Source of the DNA: Octopus bimaculoides
Taxonomy: Eukaryota
Direction: 5' to 3'
Length of the DNA stretch: 64,000 bases
Assembly: GCF_001194135.2 (NCBI RefSeq)
Contig: NC_068991.1
Span: 1,487,121 to 1,551,120, forward strand
Shown here: one piece after another, positions 51,781 through 64,000 of the stretch
Position numbering within the stretch: the stretch's first letter is position 1
Layout: each line of letters begins with the position of its first letter
Translations under genes and position numbers: made by a program
Notes under the pieces: generated by a model
Told to the model about the DNA's origin: nothing
Databases searched by the model: none
The model's input: only the letters and a program-made list of their open reading frames with translations

Positions 51781-52002
51781 TTGTAAGCCCTCGGCTTATC
51801 GCGGTTCACATATCGCGGTTTATTATTTAAGCTTACGTCGATTCCTCCTTGGTGTTGTTTTGCATTTATAATAAAATAAATATATACAAATTATAAAAAA
51901 TATTTAAAAAAAAATACAATACTGTACTGTTTCTACCTCGCTGATTTCCCCCCATCGCGGGGTTTTTGGAACGTAACACCCGCGATAGTCAAGGGATTAC
52001 TG
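51781..52002. mobile_element. MITE with pogo/Tigger-like imperfect TIRs
   Basis: Left end TTGTAAGCCCTCGGCTTATCGCGG (51781-51804) versus reverse complement of the right end CAGTAATCCCTTGACTATCGCGG (51980-52002). AT-rich non-coding interior. Confidence 0.7.
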
Positions 52003-52134
52003 TGTGCAAATTGATACATCTATAGATTTTAATCTTGAAAAGAGAATAAATATCATAGTCGTCATCATCACCATCATCATCAAAAACAACTACAATATAA
52101 TTAAAACAACACGTGGCAGCGAGCAAACATTAAT

Positions 52135-52245
52135 AAGGTTATTTTACCTGCTACAGGTAGCAGTTATAAGTCCAGCTGGGGAACACATACACCATTGAAA
52201 CCGGGAAACCGGTCCCATGAGCCTAGCTAGGCTTTAAAAGGGTGC

Positions 52246-52277
<32 letters not shown>

Positions 52278-52350
52278 CAGGTCACTGCCTGGAATCGAAC
52301 TCGGAATCGTGGCGTTAGTAGTCCGCACTCTTAACCACCACGCCATATGC
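52135..52350 (-). mobile_element. tRNA-derived SINE family D
   Basis: Head GCATATGGCGTGGTGGTTAAGAGTGCGG...GAGTTCGATTCCAGGCAG with A and B boxes, followed by (AAT)n and a body with palindromes. Confidence 0.7.
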
Positions 52351-53562
52351 TCATGGGCATAATTCCTCATTTCTTAAATATAGAACTGTATTATCGATTG
52401 TGTCACACCATTTTTCAAAGTGGGTAAGGAGTAAATTGAACGAGTTCAGTTTGTTACTTGAAACAGTCGACTCACCACGTAAAGACGCCTTAATTTTCCT
52501 GTTTGGATTAAATGACTAATGCTGTTTGGTTCATTATTAACGTCACACATATCCCTATAATCTCCTTTCCTTGTAATATTGGTCCTTTATTATAAGTAAC
52601 TAAAGACAAACCGTTATATTTCAGGAAAATATATAATTAGTTTACACTTGATTAAACTTGTTGATTTGAAGATTAGAAAGTATTACCAAGAATTTCTGCG
52701 AATTCTGAAACTAATTCCTTTCATCTTTTCATTTCAAGTGTGAAAGAAAGAATTAGAAAGAAAGAAAACGAGAAAAAAATTGAAACAAACTTGGAAAATA
52801 GAGTTTATTTAGACTTTAATTATCTTTACACATAAATGGCTTTATTGAAATTATAATTTATTTCATAATTTTTTTTTTATCTTCTAATTATCTGATTTAT
52901 ATTGTTGCTGATTCAGTTATTTACATNNNNNNNNNNNNNNNNNNNNNNNNNNNNNNNNNNNNNNNNNNNNNNNNNNNNNNNNNNNNNNNNNNNNNNNNNN
53001 NNNNNNNNNNNNNNNNNNNNNNNNNNNNNNNNNNNNNNNNNNNNNNNNNNNNNNNNNNNNNNNNNNNNNNNNNNNNNNNNNNNNNNNNNNNNNNNNNNNN
53101 NNNNNNNNNNNNNNNNNNNNNNNNNNNNNNNNNNNNNNNNNNNNNNNNNNNNNNNNNNNNNNNNNNNNNNNNNNNNNNNNNNNNNNNNNNNNNNNNNNNN
53201 NNNNNNNNNNNNNNNNNNNNNNNNNNNNNNNNNNNNNNNNNNNNNNNNNNNNNNNNNNNNNNNNNNNNNNNNNNNNNNNNNNNNNNNNNNNNNNNNNNNN
53301 NNNNNNNNNNNNNNNNNNNNNNNNNNNNNNNNNNNNNNNNNNNNNNNNNNNNNNNNNNNNNNNNNNNNNNNNNNNNNNNNNNNNNNNNNNNNNNNNNNNN
53401 NNNNNNNNNNNNNNNNNNNNNNNNNNNNNNNNNNNNNNNNNNNNNNNNNNNNNNNNNNNNNNNNNNNNNNNNNNNNNNNNNNNNNNNNNNNNNNNNNNNN
53501 NNNNNNNNNNNNNNNNNNNNNNNNNNNNNNNGTATATATATGTGTATGTGTGTGTGTATGTA

Positions 53563-53664
<102 letters not shown>

Positions 53665-54988
53665 TAGATAGATAGATAGATAGACCGGAGTAAGCATGTA
53701 AATGCGAAACAAGATGGTATCAACAGCTGTTGTTAGGAGGTCTTTTTCACACACACACACACACAACACACACACAACACCTACATTGTACGCAACACAT
53801 GTGCAATGTTGAAAATACGACTATGTTCGTGTTTAAGATGTTGCATATGTTCTTATTAGTACTTTATAATTATTTGGCAACAGTTTCATTCAAAATCCCT
53901 CAATATTTCTATTTATTCTTGAGTTAGTTTTATTATCTGAACGAAGTGATTTCCAGCGTATTTTCTATTGCGGACTTTTTACAGTTAACAGAAAAATAGT
54001 AAAGTTCTAACCTACAAATCCACTCTCATCAAATTAAAAATATCTAAACCTCTCATCCCAGTTTAGTTTCCTCAGTCTAGTACTCATTAAATGTTCTCAG
54101 AGTGTTCCTACAATGTTGTGTCTGTGTGTCGCTAATTGTTATTTCGATATTATTAAAGCTAATATTTTTGTTTTGTGACATTTTATATTGGATAGCTGTG
54201 TTAGCAATTAATATTTCTCCCCTGGTTTTGGCTCGTATTTTGTACTGCAGTATGCAGAAATGTATTGTAATATATTGAAATATATTGTAATATATTGTAA
54301 TGTGTTGCAGCTAATCCTAAATTAATAGTAGGAAAATATGGAAAAAAAATAGGAAAAACCATAAGCAATGTATTTAATAATCTCCCTATTAATACGAAAC
54401 GAAGAACCTGCATATCGCAGACTATATTTCAGATTGAAAATTGATTACAAAAATTACACTGTGAACAAAGAAGGTGCAAACTTCATAAGTCAAACTGTTA
54501 TATCGCATGCGTTACTACGACGTATTTTCGTCGCTTGATTATGCATTTACAGCGATGAATCGTCACAACAAATCACAAAACAAAACGTTAGTTAATAACA
54601 CAATCATCTCCGGTCAATATTCTACAAAGGGACGAGATTAGCAACTGAATCTTTGTTTTTTGCAGAATCCACAGCTAAAATATACAGTGAGTTATTTTTA
54701 GGATGGTGGACAAATGAGCGGATGTGAATAAGTTATGTTCAAGGATAGGAAAGACATTCCTGGATTCTGAGATTAAAGAAATGATGTATGCAACACATGA
54801 ATACATCCAACATTAACTCTTATTTATACAGAATTAGGAAATCTCCATTACGAAGAACATAGAAAGTGTGAAAAAGTGAAACGGATTTCATTGCCGAATA
54901 TTCTAAATTATCTTCAAAGAGTATAAGAGATAACATGATACGTACTTATATATATATANNNNNNNNNNNNNNNNNNNNNNNNNNNNNN

Positions 54989-55032
<44 letters not shown>

Positions 55033-56004
55033 GTGTGTGTATTTTCTACCGATATTCAGACATATATATATACATACGTGCATACATATACTTGCGTGTG
55101 TGCATCGAGAGCTCAAACAACATACAAACTCAAACACAGAAATCTCTTAACACAAAAAGGTTGATCTTTTATAAAAAGAAAAACTTCAACAAAAGTGAAA
55201 GGAAAAGATTATATACGAATGCATACATTCATATATATATAATCACGTTATTTCACCTTGCTGCTGTCCACTCACCTGGCAATAATGAGTTGTAACTGTA
55301 TTTCAAAAGGCCAGGCCTGTCCACATTCTGGGACAGGCTGAATCGCCCCGAGGACTACCTTAAGGGGATCAACTACGATGGTCTGTGGTTGGTGAAGTTT
55401 CGAGTTGAATGGCCTAACATAGAGCTGCATATTATAATATGAATAAAAATGCACCAATTGATTTAAATTAGAAATAAGGAAAGAGAAAAGAAACTAGCAC
55501 AAAACAGAATGTCGATCGAAGTTTCTAAACAGACAGGAGTTGGTGGATGAGAAGAAGAAATATACGTTAGACTTTGGACCACTCCCTAACCTCGCCAGAG
55601 AAAGAGTAGGGCACCATTCCCGCGAAGACAAATTCCCAGATCTTCAAAACATATTAATATAGTCTACTTTGTGTTTCCAAAAACACAAACCATTCCCTCT
55701 GTCCTCACATTCACCCGTTTTACCTTATTTGTAATTAGTCTGGAAACCTAGTAATCACACTTAACGTTTCTTCGTTCGCTATACCATAACAATAAGAAAT
55801 CAGCGGGGAATGCAGGTGTAAAGCAAGAAACAATGATTGTTGATAATTATTCAACGGAAATCATTAAAAATTCATAAAAAAATATTTTTATTTGAAATTT
55901 TTTGACCCATGGGATTTGTCAGCATCAATAAAGAATTTCTTTATACATACATACATACGTACATACATACATGTCTGTATGTATGTATGTATGAATGTAT
56001 GTAT

Positions 56005-56037
56005 ATAGCTCAACAGGCAAACAAATCTTTCTAGGTG

Positions 56038-56089
<52 letters not shown>

Positions 56090-56126
56090 CTACAGCTAGA
56101 AAGAATTTGTTTACCTGTTGAGCTAT
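56005..56126. repeat. ~122-bp near-perfect palindrome with (TA)n centre
   Basis: ATAGCTCAACAGGCAAACAAATCTTTCTAGGTGTAGTT (56005-56042) versus AACTACAGCTAGAAAGAATTTGTTTACCTGTTGAGCTAT (56088-56126). The arms differ by two substitutions and one indel. Confidence 0.95.
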
Positions 56127-58159
56127 TGTTTTCGTTCTCTTCCTCTATTATGTTGTTGTTGATGTTGTGTCAGCCATGTTGTTTGTAGTAACTCTCTGCA
56201 TGCTATATTCAAGTTTTAGTCGAAAATCACTACGACCGTGATTAAAAGGTTGAGCAGTATTAAGCAACACACGTAGAAGAAGCTGATGAAGCCGAATTTG
56301 TCCATTAGTCAACTACATTCGTTGCTTTTAAGTTGTATAGCTGTATACACAACTATTTATTTTTTGCTTGGGAGCCCAGGTTGAGGGTAAAGTTAGACAC
56401 GGAGGTGCAGGTCTGCGAGGGTTCATCATTTTAGTGCCATAGATGCATTAAATATTTTTCGCTCTGTCCTGGTTCACAGATACAATATGTATTATACTTT
56501 TCCGTACACTGGGGTAGATACAATACTTGCCCCTCACTATACATTGGGGTTTATATATTCACCTTCCATCTCTAAGTAATATATGCATTTTTCAGAGTAT
56601 ATGGGGTACATATGTATTTTTTTATGGTCTAATAGGGCGGCTACATCAAAACAGTAGACCTACTCCCACCACTTGTAAACATGTCAGGACGTGTCTGCAT
56701 TAGATAACATCGTTATTGCCCTTCACTCTTGCTATGTAGAACAACAAATTTAGTGAATCGTAGAGAATTGACATTCGTGATAAATGGTTACTGAACAAAC
56801 AAAAATAACACCGGCGAAAACACTACAGGCACCAGAATATTGGTGGTAACACAACAGATGCATAACCTCATTCTTCTCCATACATACAGGCAATCGTGCA
56901 AACACGCACACGCTCATACACACATGCATACAGATATACATTTCGTCAAAAGCCTATGCATACAGTTATTTGCATATTCGTGTCCAGTGCCATCTACACA
57001 CAGAACACACATGCAAACAAGCACACAGAATTGATACACGCAGTTTCACCGATACACAGAAATACGCTCCCATGTATATAGAGATATTTTTGCATCACTA
57101 AACACTAATTGATATTCACAAACATACGAAGCGCGCGAGCGCACCAGACAGACACACAAACACACACACACACACACACACACACATACGTATATATGTA
57201 TACCCTTATAAGAACATATGAATGCATATATCTTTGTGGAAATGTATGTGTGTTAATACACGTTTCTCTATACATATACACCATTTACATTTCGTTTCCT
57301 TCCCTGTTTTGCCACGTAATTATACACACCTACACTATAAACGAAGACATTCACATAAACTAAAGGCTGCACACATATATACACTCATATGCCATTAAAG
57401 GAGATACTATGGTCGCATAAACATAGACCACGCATACTCCATTGCAGAAAACTGGCTTACATATTAAGAAGCGGCCATATATATATATATATATATATTA
57501 ATGAAGGAATAGAACCGTCGTTATCGGTCTTAAACTTGTTTTGGCAACTGTAGGTTTGTTACGAAGTAAACGACTAAAGACTAAGCGACGTTAAAGACCC
57601 CAGTTGGTGAATGAATGATTTCATTTAGGGGATTCCTAACGGAAACAACATTCATCCCACTCAGACCGGAACCAATGAAGAAGCCTCTTGCAGTGTGACC
57701 GACCTGCTAGAAATAGTAAACCGATCCCGCTCAAATCACACCATTTTGTTTGGAACATATGACACATGAGATACTTTAGATTTGCTTCAGTGTCTTTGAT
57801 CATTGGCCTGTTCACTTAAGGTCGATCTAGAATTACATAACAATATACAGTCGGCTATATCCTCTACTCCCTTACAAACCGTCGCTTCGTTGCGTTCAGT
57901 GGACATTTACCATAATAGCAGCAACTAAAACAGATACGCTTGTCAAACTTCTAACTAATGTCAATGGTTCGACCTTCTGCATCCCCAACTTATCAACGAA
58001 GGGTAGCCAACCATACTACCTGCAAGCAACTATTTAACGGAAGATAAACTTCATTGTAAAGCTTATGTTTATAACCGTTGATTAAGTCCAACTTATCGTT
58101 GAGCAAACAGCGAACACATTTCATTGAGGAAACGTAATTTAGGAAAGGAATAAAAGGAG

Positions 58160-58422
58160 ATATGTATACGTATGTATACACATACATATATGTATACATA
58201 GACATATATATATATACCTACATATCCATATATTTATATATATACGCTTATATATACGTATATATAAGTATACATATAAACATGTGTGTATATTTATGTG
58301 TATATGCATGTATATATATATACATTTATATATGTATGTATGTATGTATCTATCTATCTATATGTATCTATCTATATATATATATGTATGTATGTATGTA
58401 TCTATCTATCTATATGTATCTA

Positions 58423-58487
<65 letters not shown>

Positions 58488-58591
58488 CTATCTATCTATC
58501 TATCTATGTATGTATGTATGTATATATATATATATACATTATATATATGAAGAACGTGTATGTAAACGTTTATAGGTATATGCATATATAT

Positions 58592-58626
<35 letters not shown>

Positions 58627-58630
58627 ATTC
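58160..58630. repeat. Compound microsatellite block (TA, TATG, TATC, GT), representative of dozens in the window
   Basis: Read directly; such blocks give the [12 protein letters not shown] ORFs in the track. Confidence 0.95.
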
Positions 58631-59056
58631 ATAAGTACGTGAATGTGTCTGTGTCCGTGTGTGTATAATATCTGTATTAATTGGTAATTCACGAACTGTT
58701 TATTTATAATTACACACAAGAATGACCCCGGATAGAATCTAAAGAACTCCCCATTTTATTCTGGTTCTTTTGTTTGGAAATTGCCACCGTTTCATATATT
58801 TGTTGTTTCTTTTTTCTTTTTCGAATGAACCAACGAGGGAAATTTTACGTTTCATCTGCGATTATTTTGTCTTTTATTCAGTCAGGATTCCATTATTTAA
58901 TGTTTTCCTGTAATTCTTTGTGACAGTATCATTTATTGTTTATTTAACTCCTATTTCTAGCAGAGTTATTGCTGTCTTGGTCGTTCTTGATTTTTTTAAA
59001 ATTTGTTCCCAACAATATTGAAAGCAAAATATAAAGTACAGAGCGAATGATTCGAC

Positions 59057-59089
<33 letters not shown>

Positions 59090-60844
59090 ACAACGACCAA
59101 ATCTTCCTAAAATGGGTTCGTGGGGGGGGGACATACATATTTCAGGATTCAATACTGAACACATGCGTCAAAATATAGGATATGCTTGCCACGGCTGGCA
59201 CGGCGCTAAAGCCAAGAAAAGTGAACGATAATCGAAGAACGATAATCGAAGAATGTGCTGCTTGTTGATGAGATTTCGAACATAGGACACGTTCGCAATT
59301 TTAGTAGGAGTGGATGGGCGGTTCAAGTGATTGAATTAATTGCAGATGTCGATTGGTACATTATGTTACCTCTGGAAGCATGAAAGGCAAATTTGGACGA
59401 GGTGTTCTTTGAACTCAGAATCTACTTATCTATAGTCCGGCAACATTCCGCTTCTGCTAATCAACCTTCCTACTGTCCGGCATGATGCTGTATCTGTCTT
59501 ATTCCTACTGTTTTTATTTAATTAGCATCTAAACAACCTGGGGATAAATATAATTAGCAATTATATTCATAAATTGAATCAATTATCATTATCATATTTT
59601 TAAAATTTAAATTTCTATAATTATATTTAGTTTTGTATAAATTTCATTTCTCTTCAAATAATGAATCAGTGCATGGTCACTCGCCATGCTAAACATAACA
59701 AACAAATCCCTCTTGAAGCAAACTTTATCATATTTATATAAAGGAAGGGCATAATAAAAGGCATAGGCTATAAAATGTAAACTTCTAGAGAGAAGGAAGG
59801 ATGGTCACGGTTCGCATGTTCTTTGATCAGAAGTCTGCTTCTTCAGAATAAGGGACGACCTTGGGTTAAATACAACAACAGCAACAATAACAACAGGCTA
59901 GACCAATTAATCGTTCAATGACGTAATAGCTAAGTGTTCGTTCGACCAACTAGAAATAGCAGCGAAATTGATATCGTGTTACTTTAGTGCCTTCTTTCTT
60001 TAAAAAAAAGCCATATTGGGATCATGTCTAAGATAAGGGACTGCTAAAAAGACGGGATGGCCTCAGCTGGAACAACTTAGAATTTAGGATTACTTGATTA
60101 GAGCAGAATTGAAGTAAATACATCACTTACCACAATATCACCGACTTCATATTCACTGAACAGAACAAAAATTTTAAAGTTCCTTTCATCTTCTGCTATT
60201 GCTGTTGGTCTTATTTTACCTCAGACGAAATACCGCTAAGTACTTCGCCCGGCTGCCTTTGTCCCAAAACTTGACTCTTTCATTGTTATATTGTCCCTAT
60301 AGTAATATATTAAAAAAATAAATCCATTATTTTAATTCCTAAACCACTTATTCCTTCATTTTGTTACAATTTTCCTTTCAGAACCATTCCATTAATGTCT
60401 GAACTACTAGAATCCAGCTCTAGGTAAAGATTCACTGGAAGGAATATAATGACATTTCAAAAATAATCCGATTTTATTCATAAAATTTTATATCGGTTCA
60501 TTGCAAGTTATTTGAAACAAAATAGTAAAATATAATTATGCTGATAAGATTTTTATAATTTTAAAATTGTGCAAAATTTTGTCCGCGTAATTAATCTTAA
60601 GGAATCTAAGATTCCTGTTACGGTTTAGGGTGATCATCGACGTAGATAATTGGCAGGTGAATACATTTCCATCAACTTAGGCATCAATGCTCTTTGAAAG
60701 TCTCATAGCGTCGAATAACCTCATTACTCTTTCTCTAGAAATTTGAGTCTGTTTAGTTTATAAAGAAACGATGATGATGATGATAAAAAAAGCTAACAAC
60801 AAGAACAATATATATATATATATATTTATATATATCATACATAT

Positions 60845-60894
<50 letters not shown>

Positions 60895-61254
60895 NNNNNN
60901 NNNNNNNNNNNNNNNNNNNNNNNNNNNNNNNNNNNNNNNNNNNNNNNNNNNNNNNNNNNNNNNNNNNNNNNNNNNNNNNNNNNNNNNNNNNNNNNNNNNN
61001 NNNNNNNNNNNNNNNNNNNNNNNNNNNNNNNNNNNNNNNNNNNNNNNNNNNNNNNNNNNNNNNNNNNNNNNNNNNNNNNNNNNNNNNNNNNNNNNNNNAT
61101 ATATATATATATATACATACATGTATATGTGTGTGTGTATGTATGTATATATATATATACGTGCGTGTGTGTATGTGTGTAGTTTAGGAGCAAAAATTTC
61201 ATTTTCAGCTACTTCATGACAAAATCCTTTCTTGCTTTGCATATTTTGTGGTAC

Positions 61255-62030
61255 CTTATCATGAGATTGATGTGGAAAGTCTGTTCCCCAGCGACTCTCA
61301 GAACTCAGCTCAATATTTTACGGTCATTGGCACTAGCATGGTACTTGTTAAGATGTCTGTAAGGGATTATCTACATTACGATTTAATCTGCTACCATGAA
61401 CGGTCAAATTTCTCATCAATCACACCCAAATGTTTTTAAAAGGACATCGGATAATGTAATCAAAAATATAGTTTCAATAACTGAATAAGAGATGTGACGA
61501 TCGAAATCAAAATTCTAAAGAAAAAAAAACAATAACAAGTAGAAATATGAAAACGACCCAACGTTGTATTAATCAAAATTGACAAATGTTGAGACAATAT
61601 AGATGAAAAGGAAAGTTCAAATATCCAGGTGGAATCGGAAATTAAAACATACAAGAATCTATCGAAGTCCTCTCTTTTATTTAATGCACCTCTCTAATAT
61701 CATTAATACTTGACGAACGTTTGTACCTGCAATGTATTTCAATATTTCATTGGTTGATAATCATGCAAATTGTGTGGGCTTGTTGCAATCGAATATATCA
61801 AAGGCATTGCAATTGTGACAATCTCCCCGATTCCTATATGTAGGAATGCAAGACAAGATTTTCTAGTATGTACTATATTAAAGACAGTTGAGGTTAAACT
61901 GGAGGAGAGTTGGTTGCCATTTCTATCTGGTTTAGTCATTACAAAGAAGGCCTCCAGTTAATTCCGACTTCTAAAACGAAGGGCCGGTATTCAAACAGCG
62001 CCATTGTTAAATGTGTCAAGTATTGAAATA
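61255..62030 (+). mobile_element. Decayed Penelope-like element (RT and GIY-YIG remnants)
   Basis: EIDVESLFP resembles FDVESLFT. IYQRHCNCDNLPDSY/VG resembles the GIY-YIG motif IYxxxCxCxxxYVG. SNSAIVK resembles SAIxxH. Confidence 0.6.
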
Positions 62031-62062
62031 TTTAAGTTATTTCCATCACACACACACACATT

Positions 62063-62108
<46 letters not shown>

Positions 62109-63097
62109 TATATAAATATATATATGCCATGAATGCCTGCACAATAAATATTGCTGTCTTTATGTGCACATTATTTCATGAACGTTAAGATAAATTATCT
62201 TGTACATTGTGTCACTTAAATATATTTTACATAGCCTCACTATAATGTATTTCTCCATTGAAATACAAACAGTCACGGAAATATTTTGTCAATTACAATA
62301 TCTTAACCATTATCATGTATTTTATATATATTTTCAGTTTTATATTTATATTGATATTTGTTCGATATCTATTGTTTTGCTTTTTACTTTATTATTTTGT
62401 TGTTATTGTGTTGCAACTTTCTGATATGTTTTATCAATAACGATATATTTTTTAAAATGTTTTATCAATACTTGATATTTAGAAACACTGAACAGAAAAA
62501 AAAAACAATAATAACATATAGAATAAAATAAAAAACATTTAAATGAAGTGCTTAAGGATATAAAAACACAACTGTGTGGCTTCATTTATTTGTTCGTCAC
62601 ACAACGCACAGAGAGAGATGCGGTTCACAATATTTGGGCGATCAGTCATTTCGGCCAATAAAATGCGGGGAATAAAGCGCCATCTCCCACACACGCACGC
62701 ATGCGCAAACCTACACACACTCACGTACATATAGGCATACAAATATGTGTGTAGATAGATAGATAGATAGATAGAGTATATATACATATATAAACACACA
62801 CGTATGTAAACTACTTCATATCGTTCTATCTATATAGTTGTCTGTCTGTCTATCTATCTATTTATCTATCTGTCTGTCTAAACGTGTTTGTGTGTGTGTG
62901 TCTGTGTGTGCGTGCGTGTAATTATGTACGTATATTTCTATGTGTGTTTGCATGTATGTATGATTTATTAGTTTGCTTGTTTACAGAATTTTGAAAGAAA
63001 AGAAATTTAATATAGAATATAAAATTCTGTTGTCTTAAGTAATGGACTTGTTTTCTTGTTAGTATGTAGAAGTCTTGCTCAAATGAACACAATACAG

Positions 63098-63132
<35 letters not shown>

Positions 63133-64000
63133 AATAGATATACACATATATGTGTATAGATATATGTATATATATGTATGTGTGTATATATATATGCATA
63201 TATATACACGTATAATATATATATGTATGTGTGTATATATATATGCATATATATACACGTATAATATATATATACATGTATAATATATATATATATATAT
63301 ACATATGTCTATATATGCATGTATGTATGTACGTACGTTAGTATGTATGTATACTTGTATGTATGTAGGTTCTTGTGTACAGGTATATTAACGCGCGCAC
63401 ACCAGCGCTTATAAAATGAAATTTTAAAATTTCTGACATCTAAATTTAATTTAGGAATCAACCAAACACTGAAACTTTCGATTTACAAAAAAGGATATTG
63501 AAAATATACCAATTTATTTAGCCCCAAGTAAACCAAGAACAATAGAATCGAGCGTAACCTGGCCTTGCGCATTCTTTTACTACATATTAGCTTCATGTTC
63601 TATGATATTGCAACGTGTTGTTTTATTTTTGCCGGATTCAAAGCGGCGTGATTCGGTGGAAACTTGCTTACACTTCGAATCAATTCTAGTAGCCAACAGA
63701 AGTTTACTCTATTGGTAAGACCATTGATGGAAACATAATTGTCATACGCTTTTAATAGGAGACAAACAGAAAACGAGAAAGGTGAGGAGGAAAGGGGCGA
63801 GGGAGAGAGCGATTACAAAGAGACATGATAGATGACTGCTTTTATGATAAATGTCCCTGTTTGAATATCTAAAGTTATAACTACACCAATGCACGCAATA
63901 TGTGTCATAAAGAGATCGTATCTAGACAAGAATATACTTACGTCCCAACGTATTTACATTCGGGTGGTGTGTGTGTGTGTGTGTATAATATATATATATA

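Overview
AT-rich animal genomic DNA from a draft assembly with 9 N-gaps. The microsatellite load and SINE families point to an octopus genome; this is inference from recall, not a database search. I found no intact protein-coding gene. Nearly all listed ORFs are (TA)n/(CA)n/(GA)n or N-run artefacts. The window is a transposon graveyard in a large intron or intergenic region. It holds several tRNA-derived SINE families, five decayed restriction-like-endonuclease (R4/Dong-type) non-LTR retrotransposon remnants, three Penelope-like (PLE) remnants, a Tc1/mariner C-terminal fragment and a pogo/Tigger-like MITE. The top finding is an intact-looking minimal type I hammerhead ribozyme on the minus strand at 13794-13836. 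It lies inside a hairpin-rich 385-bp non-coding element with 30-bp terminal direct repeats (355-nt period), resembling a retrozyme or solo PLE terminal repeat, directly after the mariner remnant. A second, variant hammerhead-like motif sits in the terminal repeat of the PLE at 7.7-9.3 kb. TE boundaries are approximate and motif comparisons are by eye.
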